Shown here one piece after another: positions 1 through 14,630 of a stretch of DNA of 64,000 nucleotides (positions within the stretch are counted from its first letter, which is position 1; each line of letters opens with the position of its first letter). The stretch is from contig OX597839.1 in the NCBI GenBank assembly GCA_951406725.2, positions 4,278,001 to 4,342,000 on the forward strand. Reading direction: 5' to 3'. Position numbers and translations under genes: made by a program. The notes beneath the pieces are model-generated. The model made no database searches. It was not told where the DNA came from and saw only the letters and a list, made by a program, of their open reading frames with translations. The stretch is from Octopus vulgaris. Taxonomy: Eukaryota.

Positions 1-31
<31 letters not shown>

Positions 32-120
32 CATCTATCTATCTGTCTGTCTGTCTGTCTGTCTGTCGGTCTGTCTGTCTGTCTGCTTGCCTGCCTGTCT
101 GTATATCTGTCTGTTTGTCT

Positions 121-185
<65 letters not shown>
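1..185. repeat. (TATC)n/(TGTC)n compound microsatellite
   Basis: Direct reading of tetranucleotide runs. Confidence 0.95.
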
Positions 186-744
186 GTTCGTCCGAGTGGT
201 AAGATGGTAGAATCATAAGAATTACAAGAAAAGGATTGGCGGTATTCGTTCCGATTCTTTACGTTTCAAGTTCAAATTCCACCGAGGTCGACTTTTGCCT
301 TTCATCCTTTCGGTTCCTATAAAGTAAACCACTAGCCAAGCGTTGCGGTAGATTCTTCTTTTTTTTTCTCTGTTGAAGAAATCGACTGTGGCCAGACCTA
401 ACGTGGAATAGGCTCCATCAAGACACCCCCGCATCTTACGATAGTGCATTTACGGTTCCAACAAGATTTGACGGCCCTGATTATATCATTCAGATATTCT
501 TGGCCACCGAATGCAGGTGCTCAATTTGAGAGCAAGGTATAATTCATTTTATTTTTCATTTTATCTAGTTCCAGCTCACGAGCTGTGGCCATGCTGGGGC
601 ACGAATATACCGTAAGGAGGAAATTTATTACTTTTGAAATATTTGCTATCTTTTACTTGTTTCAGTTATTAGACCGCGGCCTATACTGGAGCACTGCCTT
701 GAAGAATTTTTAGTCGAATGAATCGACATCAGTGTTTGTTTCCC

Positions 745-1105
745 CATCACAAGGTTCGAGGTCCCGAGTTCAGTCCCACTGCCTGGAACCTTGGGCGAGT
801 GTTTTCTACTGTAGCTTTGGGCCGACTATAGCCTTGTGAATCGATTTGCTAGACTGAAACTGAAAAAAAACCCCGGTCGTATATGACTGTGTGTGTGTGT
901 GTTTGTCTCTCACGACCGCTTGGTAATCGATGTTGGTTTGTTTACGTCCCCGTATATTAGCGGTTCTGCAAAAGAGACCTATAGAATAAGTATCAGGCTT
1001 AAAAAGAAAATAAATACCGGGGTCCGTTCGTTCGACTAAGGATCTTCAAGGCGGTGCACCAGCATGGCCGCTCTCTGATGACTAAAAGAATTAAAAGGAT
1101 AAAAG
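745..1105 (+). mobile_element. SINE family C, diverged copy
   Basis: gagttcagtcccactgcctggaaccttgggcgagtgttttct ... ggcggtgcaccagcatggccgc matches the copies at 33864, 42810 and 50725. Confidence 0.8.
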
Positions 1106-1159
1106 ATGCTGGAAAATGACATCTTAATAGGAAATTGTAGCGAGTTCTGATCCAAACCA

Positions 1160-1235
1160 TTTTTATTTTATTTTATTTTATTTTATTTTATCTAGTTTCA
1201 GCTCACGAGCTGTGGCCATGCTGGGGCACCGCCGT
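1160..1235 (-). mobile_element. Retroelement 3' tail (hairpin plus (AAAAT)n); second copy at ~548-602
   Basis: Minus strand ggcggtgccccagcatggccacagctcgtgagctgaaactagataaaataaaat, near-identical at 560-602. Confidence 0.65.
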
Positions 1236-1330
1236 GTGTTGGCTCAAGTGAAATTTCTTAAAGATTCTTCGTGGTGATTGGTGGATCTTTCACGGCTGAA
1301 CCTTTCAAAGATATGAAATTTAACTAACAT

Positions 1331-1540
<210 letters not shown>

Positions 1541-1814
1541 AAGGAGACATAGAATGTACTGCAATGGTTCCCTAAGAATAAAAGGTTTTCCAAATATTAT
1601 CCCTAAAATAAGTTTCCAGCCTCGTTGCCCCTGTTGTCAGATCAATGAGCTGGGGGCATCCCCTTGAAAGATTTAGTCAAACAAGTCGATCCCAGTAGTA
1701 CTTACCTTAAGTGTGGTACTTATTTTATCAGTCCAAACCAATATATGGCGACCATGCTGGAGCACTAACTTGAATGGTTTAGTCCAGTGGTTCTCGACCA
1801 TTTTTTAATCTATG

Positions 1815-2152
1815 GAGATACATTATACCAGAAGGATATTTTAGAAAATGTAATCCTAGATAAATTATCTCTAAAGAACATAGTAGATGAGGTAGTCCTA
1901 GGTACACTATGCCAGAAGGACACATTAGATAATATAGACCTAGATACACAATGACAAAAACACATTAGATAATGTAGTCCTAGATGCACAATGCTAGAAG
2001 GCCATATTAGACAATGTAGCCCTAAATTATCCCTAAATGACACATTAGATAATGTACTTCTAGATACACAATGCCAGAAAGACACATTAGATAATGTAGT
2101 TCTAGATACACTATCCTCGAAGGAGACATCAGATAATGTAGTTCTGAACACC
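1815..2152 (+). repeat. Degenerate minisatellite, ~40-bp unit (gacacattagataatgtagtcctagatacacaatgccagaa)
   Basis: About 8 imperfect copies of cattagataatgtagt.ctaga. Confidence 0.8.
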
Positions 2153-2329
2153 CAGTTAAAGGGGAAAAAAACTCAAAGCGATGGCTATGCAAGGAACGCT
2201 TTCTTTTGGTTATCACAGTGTTCGCGAACAACACCATCAATTACTAATCATGTCCCCCCCACCGTTGCCGCCACCGCCGCCGAACTTGGGGCATCTGCCA
2301 TTGCCGTAGCCGTTGCTGCTGCCGCCTTC

Positions 2330-2710
2330 GCCACCATCACCACTAGCACCATGACCATAAACATTGCCAAGACCACCACGACCACCACCACCACCACCAC
2401 CACCACCACCACCACCACCACAACCACCACTACATCCACCACGACGACCACCACCACCCTCATCATCTCCATCATCATCCTCGCCACCATTATCATCTCC
2501 ACCATCATCATCGTCACCATCACAGCCATCACAGTCATCACCACCACAACCACCACCACCACCACCACCATCACCACCTCCGCCACCACCTCCACCACAA
2601 CCACAACCACCATCATCATCTCCACCATTATCATCTCCACCATCACCATCATCATCATCGCAACCATCACCACCACCAGCACTACCACCATTATCTCCAC
2701 CACCACCACC

Positions 2711-2741
<31 letters not shown>

Positions 2742-3258
2742 CCGTCACGACCACCAACCATCGCCCCCACTAACAGCAATAATTTCCTCACCCTCCGCCA
2801 CTAACCGCAACAATTTCCTCAGACACCTCACCATCACCGTCATCACCACTGCCATCACCACTAACAATAACACCACCCTCAGACACCTCACCATCACCGT
2901 CATCACCACTGCCATCACCACTAACAATAACACCACCACCACCACCACCCACCACCACCACCACAACCATCACCAATACCAAAACCTCCACCAACATCAC
3001 CAACGCCACCACTAACACCACAGCCAACGTCATTACCACCACAGCCAACGCCGCTGCTATCATCGCCACTACCACCACCACCACCACAAGCATGACCACC
3101 ACAATCACCACAACCATCACAACCGCCACAACCACCATCACCACCATTGCGATCGTAAATAACATAATTACGAGAATCACCAACAGATTGTCATCACAAC
3201 AGCCATCAGTATCACTACAAACACCACCACCAAAAACATCCTCCGCCGCCGCCAACAT
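2330..3258. repeat. Degenerate (CAC/CAT)n trinucleotide domain with an internal 60-bp tandem duplication
   Basis: Direct reading; the lines starting 2821 and 2881 are nearly identical. Confidence 0.9.
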
Positions 3259-3901
3259 AAAGTAACATTTCCTTTATGCCATTCCCACTTGACATAAATG
3301 GAAAAGAAAATGGCTGCCATTGAATGCTAAGTAAAAGAAGACGTCTGCACAAGAAACGCAGGAAAAAGTTGTTGTGAAGAGGGAATAGTGAATAGTCTCG
3401 ACATAAACTAATAAATTATATTATGGTCTCTAAGTGTTTCCATATATTTTCTTGATGCTTTTGATTCCACATACACAAGTCGATGTTGTTTGACAGAGAA
3501 ACGTTTTGGTTTAATAATGTCGCTTAAACAGACAGATACGAGGATATGAGGAATATAGTGTACGTGCAGAAATGTTTACACACTTACATACTTAGAGACG
3601 TATAAATAAACGAAAATACTAATAAAAATAGATAAGAACAAACAATATATATATTTCGAAACGTAGAGTAGATGAAACCATGGCGACTGAAGAAGGGTTT
3701 TTTTCCTTGTGTTATTTGTCCTGTACTCTATTTTTTTGTTGTTTAAGAAAAATGTCCAGTTCCTTGGGTTTGTGTCTATGTTTTCGTTTCTCATTGTGTT
3801 CGACGTTTTTTTGGTGTCCTGTACTCATATATGCGTGTATATATACATGTAGAGGTAGGTACGTACATATATGTATATATATGCATATGTTTTATTTATT
3901 A

Positions 3902-3961
<60 letters not shown>

Positions 3962-4023
3962 TCGCCATGATAGATCTTTAGCCACTACACACACTTTTTT
4001 CTCTCCTTGTTTTTTCTCTGTCC

Positions 4024-4059
4024 CTTTCTGTAGAAGAGCATAGGCTCGAAACGTAAAAG
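4024..4059 (+). ncRNA. Minimal type-I hammerhead-like motif (variant core CUGUAGA) in a short element (~3959-4125) between (TA) tracts
   Basis: cttt-CTGTAGA-a-gagc(atag)gctc-GAAA-cg-TA-aaag: stems I and II pair, stem III is minimal, A6 is replaced by U. Confidence 0.55.
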
Positions 4060-4176
4060 ACTTTTCTATTCCTGAGCGTTATACTAATACATCTGCTTGT
4101 TTTCTACACCACAAGCAGATGTATTAGTATATATATATAGTACACATACACACGCATCTATACACAATTATTATTG

Positions 4177-4258
<82 letters not shown>

Positions 4259-4267
4259 TATGTATAT

Positions 4268-4570
4268 CACGTGATCACGTGACCGACCAGACCATCAGAC
4301 GTTGTTACACGTCGCTGGTCACAATGCGTTCACATTGTTTTAGCCTTCGAATGATGCCACCCCGCTGGCTAAGCGAGCAGGCCAACAGAAGAAAGAGTGG
4401 GAGAAAGAGTGGTGAAAGAGTACAGCAGGGATTACCACCCATGCTGGAACCTCGTGGAGCTTTTGGGTGTTTTCGCTCAATAAACACTCACAACGCCCGG
4501 TCTGGGAATCGAAACCGCGATCCTACAACCGCGAGTCCGCTGCCCTAACCACTGGGCCATTGCACCTCCA
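4268..4570 (-). mobile_element. SINE family B (tRNA-like head, tail type a)
   Basis: Minus-strand head ggaggtgcaatggcccagtggttagggcagcggactcgcgg...gtttcgattccc (A/B-box-like); tail shared with 41960 and 54264. Confidence 0.9.
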
Positions 4571-4625
4571 CTATATGTATATATATGTATATATATATAT
4601 ATACATATGTATATGTATATATATG

Positions 4626-4657
<32 letters not shown>

Positions 4658-4688
4658 TATGTATATATATATATATATACATATATAT

Positions 4689-4782
<94 letters not shown>

Positions 4783-4874
4783 GTACATATATATATGTAT
4801 ATATATACACACACATATATATATATACACACACATATATATATGTATGTATATATATATATACATATCAGCTA

Positions 4875-5104
4875 TCTTTTATCTTTTATACTTGTTTCAG
4901 TCACTGGACTGCGGCCATGCTGGTGCAGTGTCTCGAAGTATTTTAATCGAAAGAATCGAGCTCAGTACTTATTTTCTGAAGCCTGGAACTTAGCCCAACC
5001 GCTTAGTTACGGGGACATCAACAAACTAACTCCGGTTGTTAGGTGGTGGTTCTGGGTGAGGGAAGACACAAACGCAAAGGCAATCACACTCCTGCACACA
5101 CACA

Positions 5105-5155
<51 letters not shown>

Positions 5156-5330
5156 ACACATAAACACACACGCATGACGAGCTTCTTTCAGTTTCCAAAC
5201 CCGCTCACTGGCAAGTCTTTGGTCAGGCTAAGCTATACTACAATCTCTTGCCTAAGATGCCACGCAGTGGAACCGAACATGAAATTGTGAGGTTGTATAG
5301 CAAACTTCTTCCCACACAGCCATGCCTATT
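4875..5330 (-). mobile_element. SINE family C, diverged, with internal (CA)n
   Basis: tttcagtcactggactgcggccatgctgg tail and gccacgcagtgg...cacacagcca head in reverse orientation. Confidence 0.8.
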
Positions 5331-5707
5331 TGTCACTGAGTTCATTGACTCTATTGAGCACTCTGCTAAGTCTCTGACACAATAAAATATTTTCGTTATA
5401 TTGGCGAGATATTCATTTCTATAATCAGTATATTCACAAATATATATATATATAAATGTTTGTATGTATTTATGTATGTATGTATGTATGTATGTATGTA
5501 TGTATGTATGTATGTATGTATGTATGTATGTTTTGTGTGTATGTATGTATATCTATATATGTGTGTACACATATATATACACACACGCATATCTCTCTAT
5601 ATAAAATGTGTGTATATATAAGTATGTATATGTTTATATGTATATATATATATATATATTTATTTATACACACACATATACACTTGTCCATGCATGTATA
5701 TATATAT

Positions 5708-5754
<47 letters not shown>

Positions 5755-5792
5755 TTACTTATTCATATTTATATATGTGTAGGTACATATAT

Positions 5793-5845
<53 letters not shown>

Positions 5846-5924
5846 CATAAATTATATGTGTGCATATATATATATTTATACACACACATATACACTTGTT
5901 CCATGCATGTATATATATTATGTA

Positions 5925-5969
<45 letters not shown>

Positions 5970-5999
5970 TAACTTATTCATATATATATGTGTAGGTAC

Positions 6000-6036
<37 letters not shown>

Positions 6037-7746
6037 CAAACATACACACGCACACTCATATAAACAAAGCATGCATGCATACATATATACACACATGCAT
6101 GCATACATACTCCACGCAATGTGTCAGTGATCTAAACAGTTTAGCTATATTTATACAGCTAATTTAATATATTTATTCAGTCAGTTCTATTTCGCCAATC
6201 AGCGTTCATTGTCCTGCTCGGAGTAGTACACTTTACGTCCTTGTCTGATACACTTTCAGCAGAATTGTTTAAAACAGATATAAGAAGAAACTTCGATGGA
6301 ATAATGGAATTGTATTATGGTTCTACAGCGTTCTTCTACCTTTCATTTTTCCCTGTATGCATTGCAATTTTGGATTATTTTTTTTCAGCATTGTGGTTGT
6401 GGCGGAGTAATGGGCATTATTTTCCTTCGTTCATTTCATCCATTTAGCCATTCTTTCTTCTCTCCGACTTCTTTTGTTTGATCATTATACATGGTTTTCG
6501 AAAAAAAAAATCCTTGTTTGTTTGTTTCTTTCATTCAGTCTTTTTTTCCTTTCGTTCGTTCATTCTGTCGTCTGCTTTCTCGTTCGTTCCTTCGTTCATT
6601 GTGTCGTCTTTTCTATTCGTTCGTTCGTTCGGTTAATATTTCTTTTCCTTTTTCATCATTCTGTCCGACTGCCATCTTTGATTTTTTTTGGGGTTTTTTT
6701 TTTCTTCTACTCTGTTCTGTTCCCTCGTTTGTTCATGTTTGCTCCATCGTCTGCCATCTTTAATGATCATTTTTAATCTATTAACCTTTCTGAAAAAAAA
6801 AAAAGAAAAAGAAAAAGAAAAAAATCACCGTTTCTGTCATCCTTTTTCTCTCTAGCTCCGCCAATTCTTTCCTGTATTTTCTCTTCTTTCAATCTTCTTT
6901 TTTTTTAAAAATTTTATTTCTGAATATCTCTTTTCTTTCAATCATTTTTTAAAAACTTCATTCCAATTCTCTTTCTCCTTTGCACGCATACAATATACCT
7001 CACCCTCTCTCCCTCTTTTTCTCTCTCTGTCTATCTCACACAACTACCAGCACAACTATATCTCTCTCCCTTTTACTCACTTTTTTCTTCATTTCATTAC
7101 AATTTTATTGTCTTCCATATTTTTTCTTCAACTGATTGTATTTGTCGTCTGCCTTAATGATCGTTTTCAATCTGTCAAACTTTATTGTTTTCTTCTTAGC
7201 CTATCATCCTTTTCCGCCATTATTAGTTTTTGTGTGTGGATAAAGAGGGCTCGTACGATGTTTTTGTCATTTTTCGTGAAGGAATGGTTCAAATCTTCTA
7301 CAACGGTATTTGAACTCGAAATGCGAATTGATAAAAACAAAATACAGCAAGGCATTGAGTATAGCGGGCTATAATTTCTATCATAGAGTTTCTAAGTAAT
7401 CATCCGACTATCTACAAATAGCAGCTGGATCTAATTCAAATCATATCTTTAAAAAGCAAGGACACATGGGATAGTCCAGTCTATAGAATGTCATAACAAA
7501 TACAGATGAAATAGTCACTAACGGAAAGTTTTTGATTATAGGCTTTTCGTTCAGAAACAACATCAATGCTTATATCAATGAAACAATGAAGACACATCTA
7601 CGTAGCCGTACGACCTGCTAAATACAGCAACTAAATACCACTTAAATTACAATCTGCAACGTTAAAAAGAAAAGAAGAAATTTTGGATTCAGCAGAATGG
7701 AATATACACTCTCCAAAAAATGGGATGGTCATGACTGGAATGTCAT

Positions 7747-8180
7747 TGGCTTCTGATCTTAACTGATTGGAAGTGTTAACATGTATATGTTAACAGTAAA
7801 TATTCTGCTCAATATTGCAGATTTGCGTCTCAGTCGATTGAGCTTAACCAGTTAAGTGTGTCCCCTGGTGGCTGCCGATAAGTATCTCTGATCACGAGGA
7901 GTAGCATGGGAGCACCATAACCATGTTTTGTGAGTGTTTCTTTGGGGTTTGAATAATTCACCTCTGGAAACATGGATGTTTCATTCATCATCCTTCAAAG
8001 ACCCATGTTCGAAGACCTTTTCAGCGGGATGGGTTACTTGTCATGTAGAAAATTATAACTGGACTCCATTTGCAAGGTCATGCGCTGTTTATCTTGATAT
8101 GCGGTCACCATATCAGATGCATATGGTTGTGATACATGTGCCTAGTGTACCCTTATCAGGTGGGTAGTCATGATGGGTAT
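7747..8180 (+). mobile_element. Old diverged copy of element D
   Basis: ggcttctgatcttaactgattggaagtgtt ... gggtagtcatgatgggtata is the reverse complement of the sequence at 27690-28245. Confidence 0.8.
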
Positions 8181-8346
8181 ATCTGTATTTGTATATGGGT
8201 ATATATGGCTTGGTATATTTGTAGCCAACAACAAGAACAGCAACAAGTGGAGGCGCAATGGCTCAATGGTTAGTAGTAGTAGTAGTAGTAGCAGCAGCAA
8301 CAGCTATCATCGTCGTCGTCGTAGCATCAGCAGTGGCAGCAGCAGC

Positions 8347-8527
8347 GGAGGCGCAATGGCCCAGCGGTTAGGGCAGCGGACTCGCGGTCGGAGGATCGCG
8401 GTTTCGATTCCCAGACCGGGCGTTGTGTGTGTTTATTGAGCGAAAACACCTAAAGCTCCACGAGGCTCCGGCAGGAGGTGGTGGTGACCCCTGTTGTACT
8501 CTTTCGCTGCAACTTTCTCTCACTCTA
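8347..8527 (+). mobile_element. SINE family B, 5' part
   Basis: ggaggcgcaatggcccagcggttagggcagcggactcgcggtcggaggatcgcggtttcgattcccagacc. Confidence 0.9.
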
Positions 8528-9142
8528 TTCATTGTAACTTGACACAAAAACTAACATAAATACACATGTATGCATATACACATACTCATATACATGCATA
8601 TTCGTATAAATGGGGAACAGTTTTCCTCATACCTTTTATAAACGAACGTGTTAAAGCTTTATCGTTTTATTGTATAATTTTTCGTATGTTTTTTTAACTG
8701 TTTAAAACAATAAAGTTCCCTAAATTGATATTCAACTGTTCTAGATGTTCATAGTCTCATTTCCAAGAATTAATACATTTAGCGTCTCTGTCGTTTGTTA
8801 TATATTACAAACCCGTGTTGATTTCTTTTGTTCTGGTCAAACTTTAGACCACAATACATTGTATCAACTATACTACAATGATGGTAGATATCCATATATT
8901 GATACAGTAAACGGTACTAAGAATGTTCGTGCAGCATTTGGAGCAGTATTGAGCAAGTTTATAAGAAACATCACAGACGCCAAATCCATTTAATTCTTCA
9001 AAATGAGACTGTGAAAGTCTAGAAACATCGAATATGAATTTAGGAACTTTATTGTTCCCAAACTAGCAATAAAAATCTAAGAAATTAAGAAAAATCTAAA
9101 TAAAAAGATAAAAAATTGAACACAGCCGTATATAAACTGAAA

Positions 9143-9243
<101 letters not shown>

Positions 9244-9341
9244 GGAATTAATGCAAGAAGCCAAATATAGGCATAAATGTGTGTGTGTGTAAATATATAT
9301 CACATATATACCTATATACATACACACACACACACACATGC

Positions 9342-9400
<59 letters not shown>

Positions 9401-9512
9401 CATGAGCTTATTTATGAATTTATGTATGCATGTATATATGTATGAATGAATAGAGATGCATAGAAATACACACACACATACACAAACACATGCATATATA
9501 TGTAATATGAAG

Positions 9513-9550
<38 letters not shown>

Positions 9551-10202
9551 GATGTAAATGCATAAATACAGTGCTGTATCCGTGTAGGCAAATGTATTCA
9601 CTATTGCAAAGATTTTGATATCCATATATTGATAGTATAAACGGTTTTAAGAATATCCTTAGAGCGTTTTGCGTATTGCCGTGATGTCGGCATATACATA
9701 CATAATACATACATACATACATACATACATACATACATACATACATAAAAGCGTATATACATACTTACTTGTATACATGCATACACAAACGCATACATAA
9801 TACGTATATACATACTTGCACCCATACATACACGCATACATGCATATATATATATATATATATATATGCATGCATATATGCAGATATGCATACCTATATA
9901 TATTCATAGATATATATATCCATATATACGTACACACTCACTGAAACACAACTAGAAAGGTACATATATATGTACACACACATATTTGTATGCATATATA
10001 TACATACATATGTATATAAATGTAAATACATTTATAAACATATAGATACATTTACATGTATATACATTTATCTACATATTCTAACATAAATATATGGAGG
10101 TATATATTCGTTGAAATCACACATTCATGCAAATATATGCATATAAAAAATACAGATATACACATACGTATACGCACATACGCACAAATACGCACAAATA
10201 CG

Positions 10203-10246
<44 letters not shown>

Positions 10247-10796
10247 GTGCACTTGATGCCAGAGTTTAAGGTCGTCTGTGTCACGTAGGTTTTGTCTGTA
10301 AAGGCCAAGTCTTGTTTTGTAGTGAAGGAATCGGTTTGAATGGCAGCGTCTATAGAAAATGCTCCTCAATTGTTTTAAAGGGGTGTTAATTGAAAGACAA
10401 ACGGAGGGCGGGAGAAAGAGAGAGAGAGGGAGATGGAGAGGGAGAGAGAAAGGGAGAAAGGGAGAGTGATAGACCGAGGACGGGAGAAAGAGAGAGAGGG
10501 AGATGGAGAGGGAGAGAGACAGAGAAAGATTGTGAGATAGACAGGGTGAAAGAGGAAGGAATATAGAGTAAAAGGATGTGAGTGAGAGGGGTTTAAGGAG
10601 AGAGAAAGATAGGGAAAAGGAGAGGGAGAGAAATAATAATTGGATGAGAGAGAGGGAGAGGGGAGAAGTAGAGGAAGAAAGGAGTAGAGATTAAATGGAA
10701 GCGAGAGAAAGAGAGGGTCAGTGAGAGAGAGAGAAAGAGAAGAGATAGAGGAGACAGAGAGAGAGACAGTGAGAAAGGAAAAGAGACGACATAGAG

Positions 10797-10833
<37 letters not shown>

Positions 10834-11159
10834 GCAGTGGTTGATAAGTGGAGTGAGAGGGATAGTGAGAGATAGAGAAATGGTGAGAAAGAGTAAGAGT
10901 GCGAGAGTGAGAGAGAGGGAGAGAGAGAGAGAGAGAGTGAAAGGGAGCAAGAAAGACTGGAATAGAGGGACGGCGAAACATATAGCTATACGTAGACGAA
11001 GGGAATGAGTGTGAGTGTGGGGGGGGGGGGAGAAAGGGATTTTGAAAGGCTCACAGATGTGAAGGAAGTAAAGAAGGACGTTTTAAAAGAAGGAATAACC
11101 AAAGGACATTTTGGGTGAAATAATGAATGGTAGAGACGAAAGAGGTGAACGAGCAACGA

Positions 11160-11246
11160 ATGATGGTAATGATGAGGAGGCTGGTGGTCATGATGAAGGC
11201 GATGCTGATATTGAGGGTAACGATAATGATGATGATGATGATGATT

Positions 11247-11321
<75 letters not shown>

Positions 11322-11585
11322 CTGACGCTGATGATGTGTTGATGCTGATGATAGGCTGCTGCTGACGACGATGATGATGATGAGGAGGAGGAGGAAAAGG
11401 CTGAGTATGATGATTTTGGTGATATTGACGACGATGTTGATAATGATGATGATGGTCCTGATGGTGATGATGAAGATGATAATTATACCAATGATGATGA
11501 GGACGACGACGATGATGATAGTGATGCTGCTGCTGCTGATAATAATAATAATAGTAATAATAGTAATAATAATAATGATAATTAT

Positions 11586-11665
<80 letters not shown>

Positions 11666-11687
11666 TAATAATAATAGTGATAATAAA

Positions 11688-11744
<57 letters not shown>

Positions 11745-11860
11745 GGTATTCTTTTATTGGCCACAAGGGCCCAAAACATGGAAGACAATGTCTCAGGACG
11801 AATCACAGCACACAAAGCAAAACAAAACAAAAACTACAAAATAATAATAGTAATAAGGAA

Positions 11861-11954
<94 letters not shown>

Positions 11955-12280
11955 GTAAAAAATTAGGAATAATACTAAAAATATTGACGATATTAGAGAA
12001 GACAAGAAACAAGATGAAAAGAAGAAAAACGAGAAAAGATAAGCATAAGAAACAAACAAAAAAAGAACAAAGAAAAATAGAAGAAAAGAAAAAAAAAACT
12101 TCAAGAAAAATAAGAAACGAAACGTTGACAATGATGAAAGAATGAAAAGAATCAATGATGGAATAAAAGAAGAGAAAAGAAAAGAGAAGAGAAGAGAAAG
12201 AAAAAGAAAGGTGAGCAGGAAATATAAAGGGAAGAAATAGTAGTAATAATAATAATAATGACAATAATAATGATGATGAC

Positions 12281-12328
<48 letters not shown>

Positions 12329-12785
12329 AATAATAATAAAAATAATAGTAATAAAAAAAAAATAATAATAATAATAATGGTAATAATAATAATAATAATA
12401 ATAATAGCAGTAGTAGTAGTAGTAGTAGTAATAATAATAATAATGTTAATAATAATAATAATAATAATAGTAGTAGTAGTAGTAGTAGTAGTAGTAATAA
12501 TAAAAATAATAATAATAGTAGTAGTAGTAGTAGTAGTAATAATAATGATAATAATAATAATAATAATAATAATGATAATAATAATAATAATAATAATAAT
12601 GATAATAATAATAATAAAAATAATAATAATAAATAATAATAATAATAATAAAAAAACCGAAAGAAAACGAAGAAAGAAATATGAAAGCAGAGATGTATTG
12701 CAAACGCAAAGATTTCACAAAAGGCATTTGGGAAAGAAACCGAACATGTGTATAGTAATTGCACCGTCAGTTGTGGTGGTAGTAA

Positions 12786-12821
<36 letters not shown>

Positions 12822-13413
12822 TGGTAGTAATCGTAGTAGCAGTTATTTTAATAGTAGCAGGTGCGGTTGTAGTAGTTGTGGTGTACTTATTGTTGAAGTT
12901 CTAGTACTACTATTTGCTGTGCTTGTACTTAGTAGTGGTTATGATCGTAGTAGTAGTAGTAGTAGTAAGAGAAGTAGTGGTACTTGTGGGTGTAGTAGTT
13001 GCTGTGGCTAAAGTTGAAGGTCGTGGTGAATGTTGTGATGATGATGATGATGTTCTTAATGATAATGGTGATGATGGTGATGATGACAATAATGATGATG
13101 TCGAATACGATGACGATGATGATGGTGATGATGTTGACAATGGTAACGTTGATGACGATACTGGGGGAAAAATAGAAGAAGGTGGAGGTGGAGGAGGAGG
13201 ATGAGGAGGAGAAGGAGAAGACGGAGGAGAAGAAGAAGGAGGAGAAGAAAAAGGAGAAGAAAGCGAAGAAGGAGGAGGAGAAGAAGAAGAAGATGGAGGA
13301 GGAGGAGAAGAAGAAGATGGAGGAGGAGGAGAAGAAGTGGGAGAAGAAGACGGAGGAGGAGGCGGAGACGAAGAAGAAGAAGAGGGAGAAGAAGAAGAAG
13401 AAGAAGGAGAAGA

Positions 13414-13452
<39 letters not shown>

Positions 13453-13570
13453 AGAAGAAAGAAGAAGAAGAAGAAGAAGAAGAAGAAGAAGAAGAAGAAG
13501 AAGAAGAAGAAGAAGAAGAAGAAGAAGAAGAAGAAGAAGAAGAAGAAGAAGAAGAAGCAACAGCAGTAGT
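11160..13570. repeat. Compound trinucleotide domain: (GAT)n, (AAT)n, (GTA)n, (GGA/GAA)n
   Basis: Direct reading. Confidence 0.95.
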
Positions 13571-13844
13571 ATTTTGAACTGACCGTCTCTACTTATAAAG
13601 TTGAAAGCCTTTGTGCGGTTAACGGAAACGATGTAGATCCGTCGACTTTGCTCTTCGCATATTTATCGTGAATGCTGAAAAGAATTCATTTTGGTTGTGG
13701 AACGTTCTTGTCTGAAGTTGCAATGAGGCAATTTTCTGAAGTTTACTAAGAGCTACACGAGACAAGAGCTCCCTAACCATACTCAGGACAGAAATCCTGC
13801 AGGTATTGCAATTTATTTCATCTCGTTTGTTCTTCTGTTGTTTC

Positions 13845-14630
13845 AAATTTTGGCACAAGGCGAGCAATTTCTGGGGAGGAGACAAGTAATTTACTTTGTG
13901 GCGGAATTTGAACTCAGAATGTAAAGGACAGACAAAATGCCGCTAAGCATTTTGTCCGACATGCTTACGATTCTGTCAGCTCGCCGCCTTTATTAAGGTG
14001 ACAATGTTGATTTCAAATTTTGGCACAGAGCCAGCAATTTCGAGGTAGAGGTTAGTCGATTATATCGACCCCAGTACTGAACTAGTACTTATTTTACTGA
14101 CACCGAAAAGATGAAAGGCGAAGTCTACCTCGGCAGAATTTCAACTCAGACGGTCGAAATAACGCTAAGCATTTTCCCGACGTGCTAACGGTTCTTTTCT
14201 CCTTTAGGCATAAGGCCCGAAATTTTAGGGGAGGGGGCTAGTCGCTGTATCGACCCTAGTACGCAACTGGTACTTAATTTAGGCGGCGAGCTAGCAGGAA
14301 CGTTAGCACGCCGGGCGAAATGTTTTGCAGTATTTCGTCTGCCGTTACGTTCTGAGTTCAAATTCCGCCGAGGTCGACTTTCCCTTTAATCCTTTCGGGG
14401 TCGATAAATTAAGTACCAGTTACACACTGGGGTCGGTGTAATCGACTTAATACGTTCATCTGTCCTTGTTTGTCCCTTCTGTGTTTAGCACCTTGTGGGT
14501 AGTAAAGAAATAGGTACTTAATTTATCAACTCTGAAAGGATGAAAGGCAAAGTCGACCTCGGCGGAATTTGAACTCAGAACATAAAGCATTTCGCCCGGC
14601 GTGCTTAACAATTCTGTTAGCTCGCCGCTT
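13845..14630 (-). mobile_element. Cluster of three minus-strand SINE family A copies (alternative tail)
   Basis: Repeated ggcacaagg / cggcggaatttgaactcagaa / gctaagcattt / gctcgccgc blocks. Confidence 0.75.
14282..14512 (+). mobile_element. Full-length SINE A (Tx1-like tail) nested in an antisense SINE A, 13-bp TSD
   Basis: ggtacttaattta at 14269-14281 and 14513-14525 flanks ggcggcgagc...gtaaagaaata. Confidence 0.9.

Noticed and set aside
1991-2804. Mucin-like Thr-rich and Pro-rich ORFs (also 22656-25134)
   Set aside because: Produced by (CAC)n repeats; no signal peptide or flanking unique coding sequence.
8347-8420. tRNA gene
   Set aside because: The tRNA-like sequence continues into a SINE body present in several copies; no proper acceptor stem or terminator.
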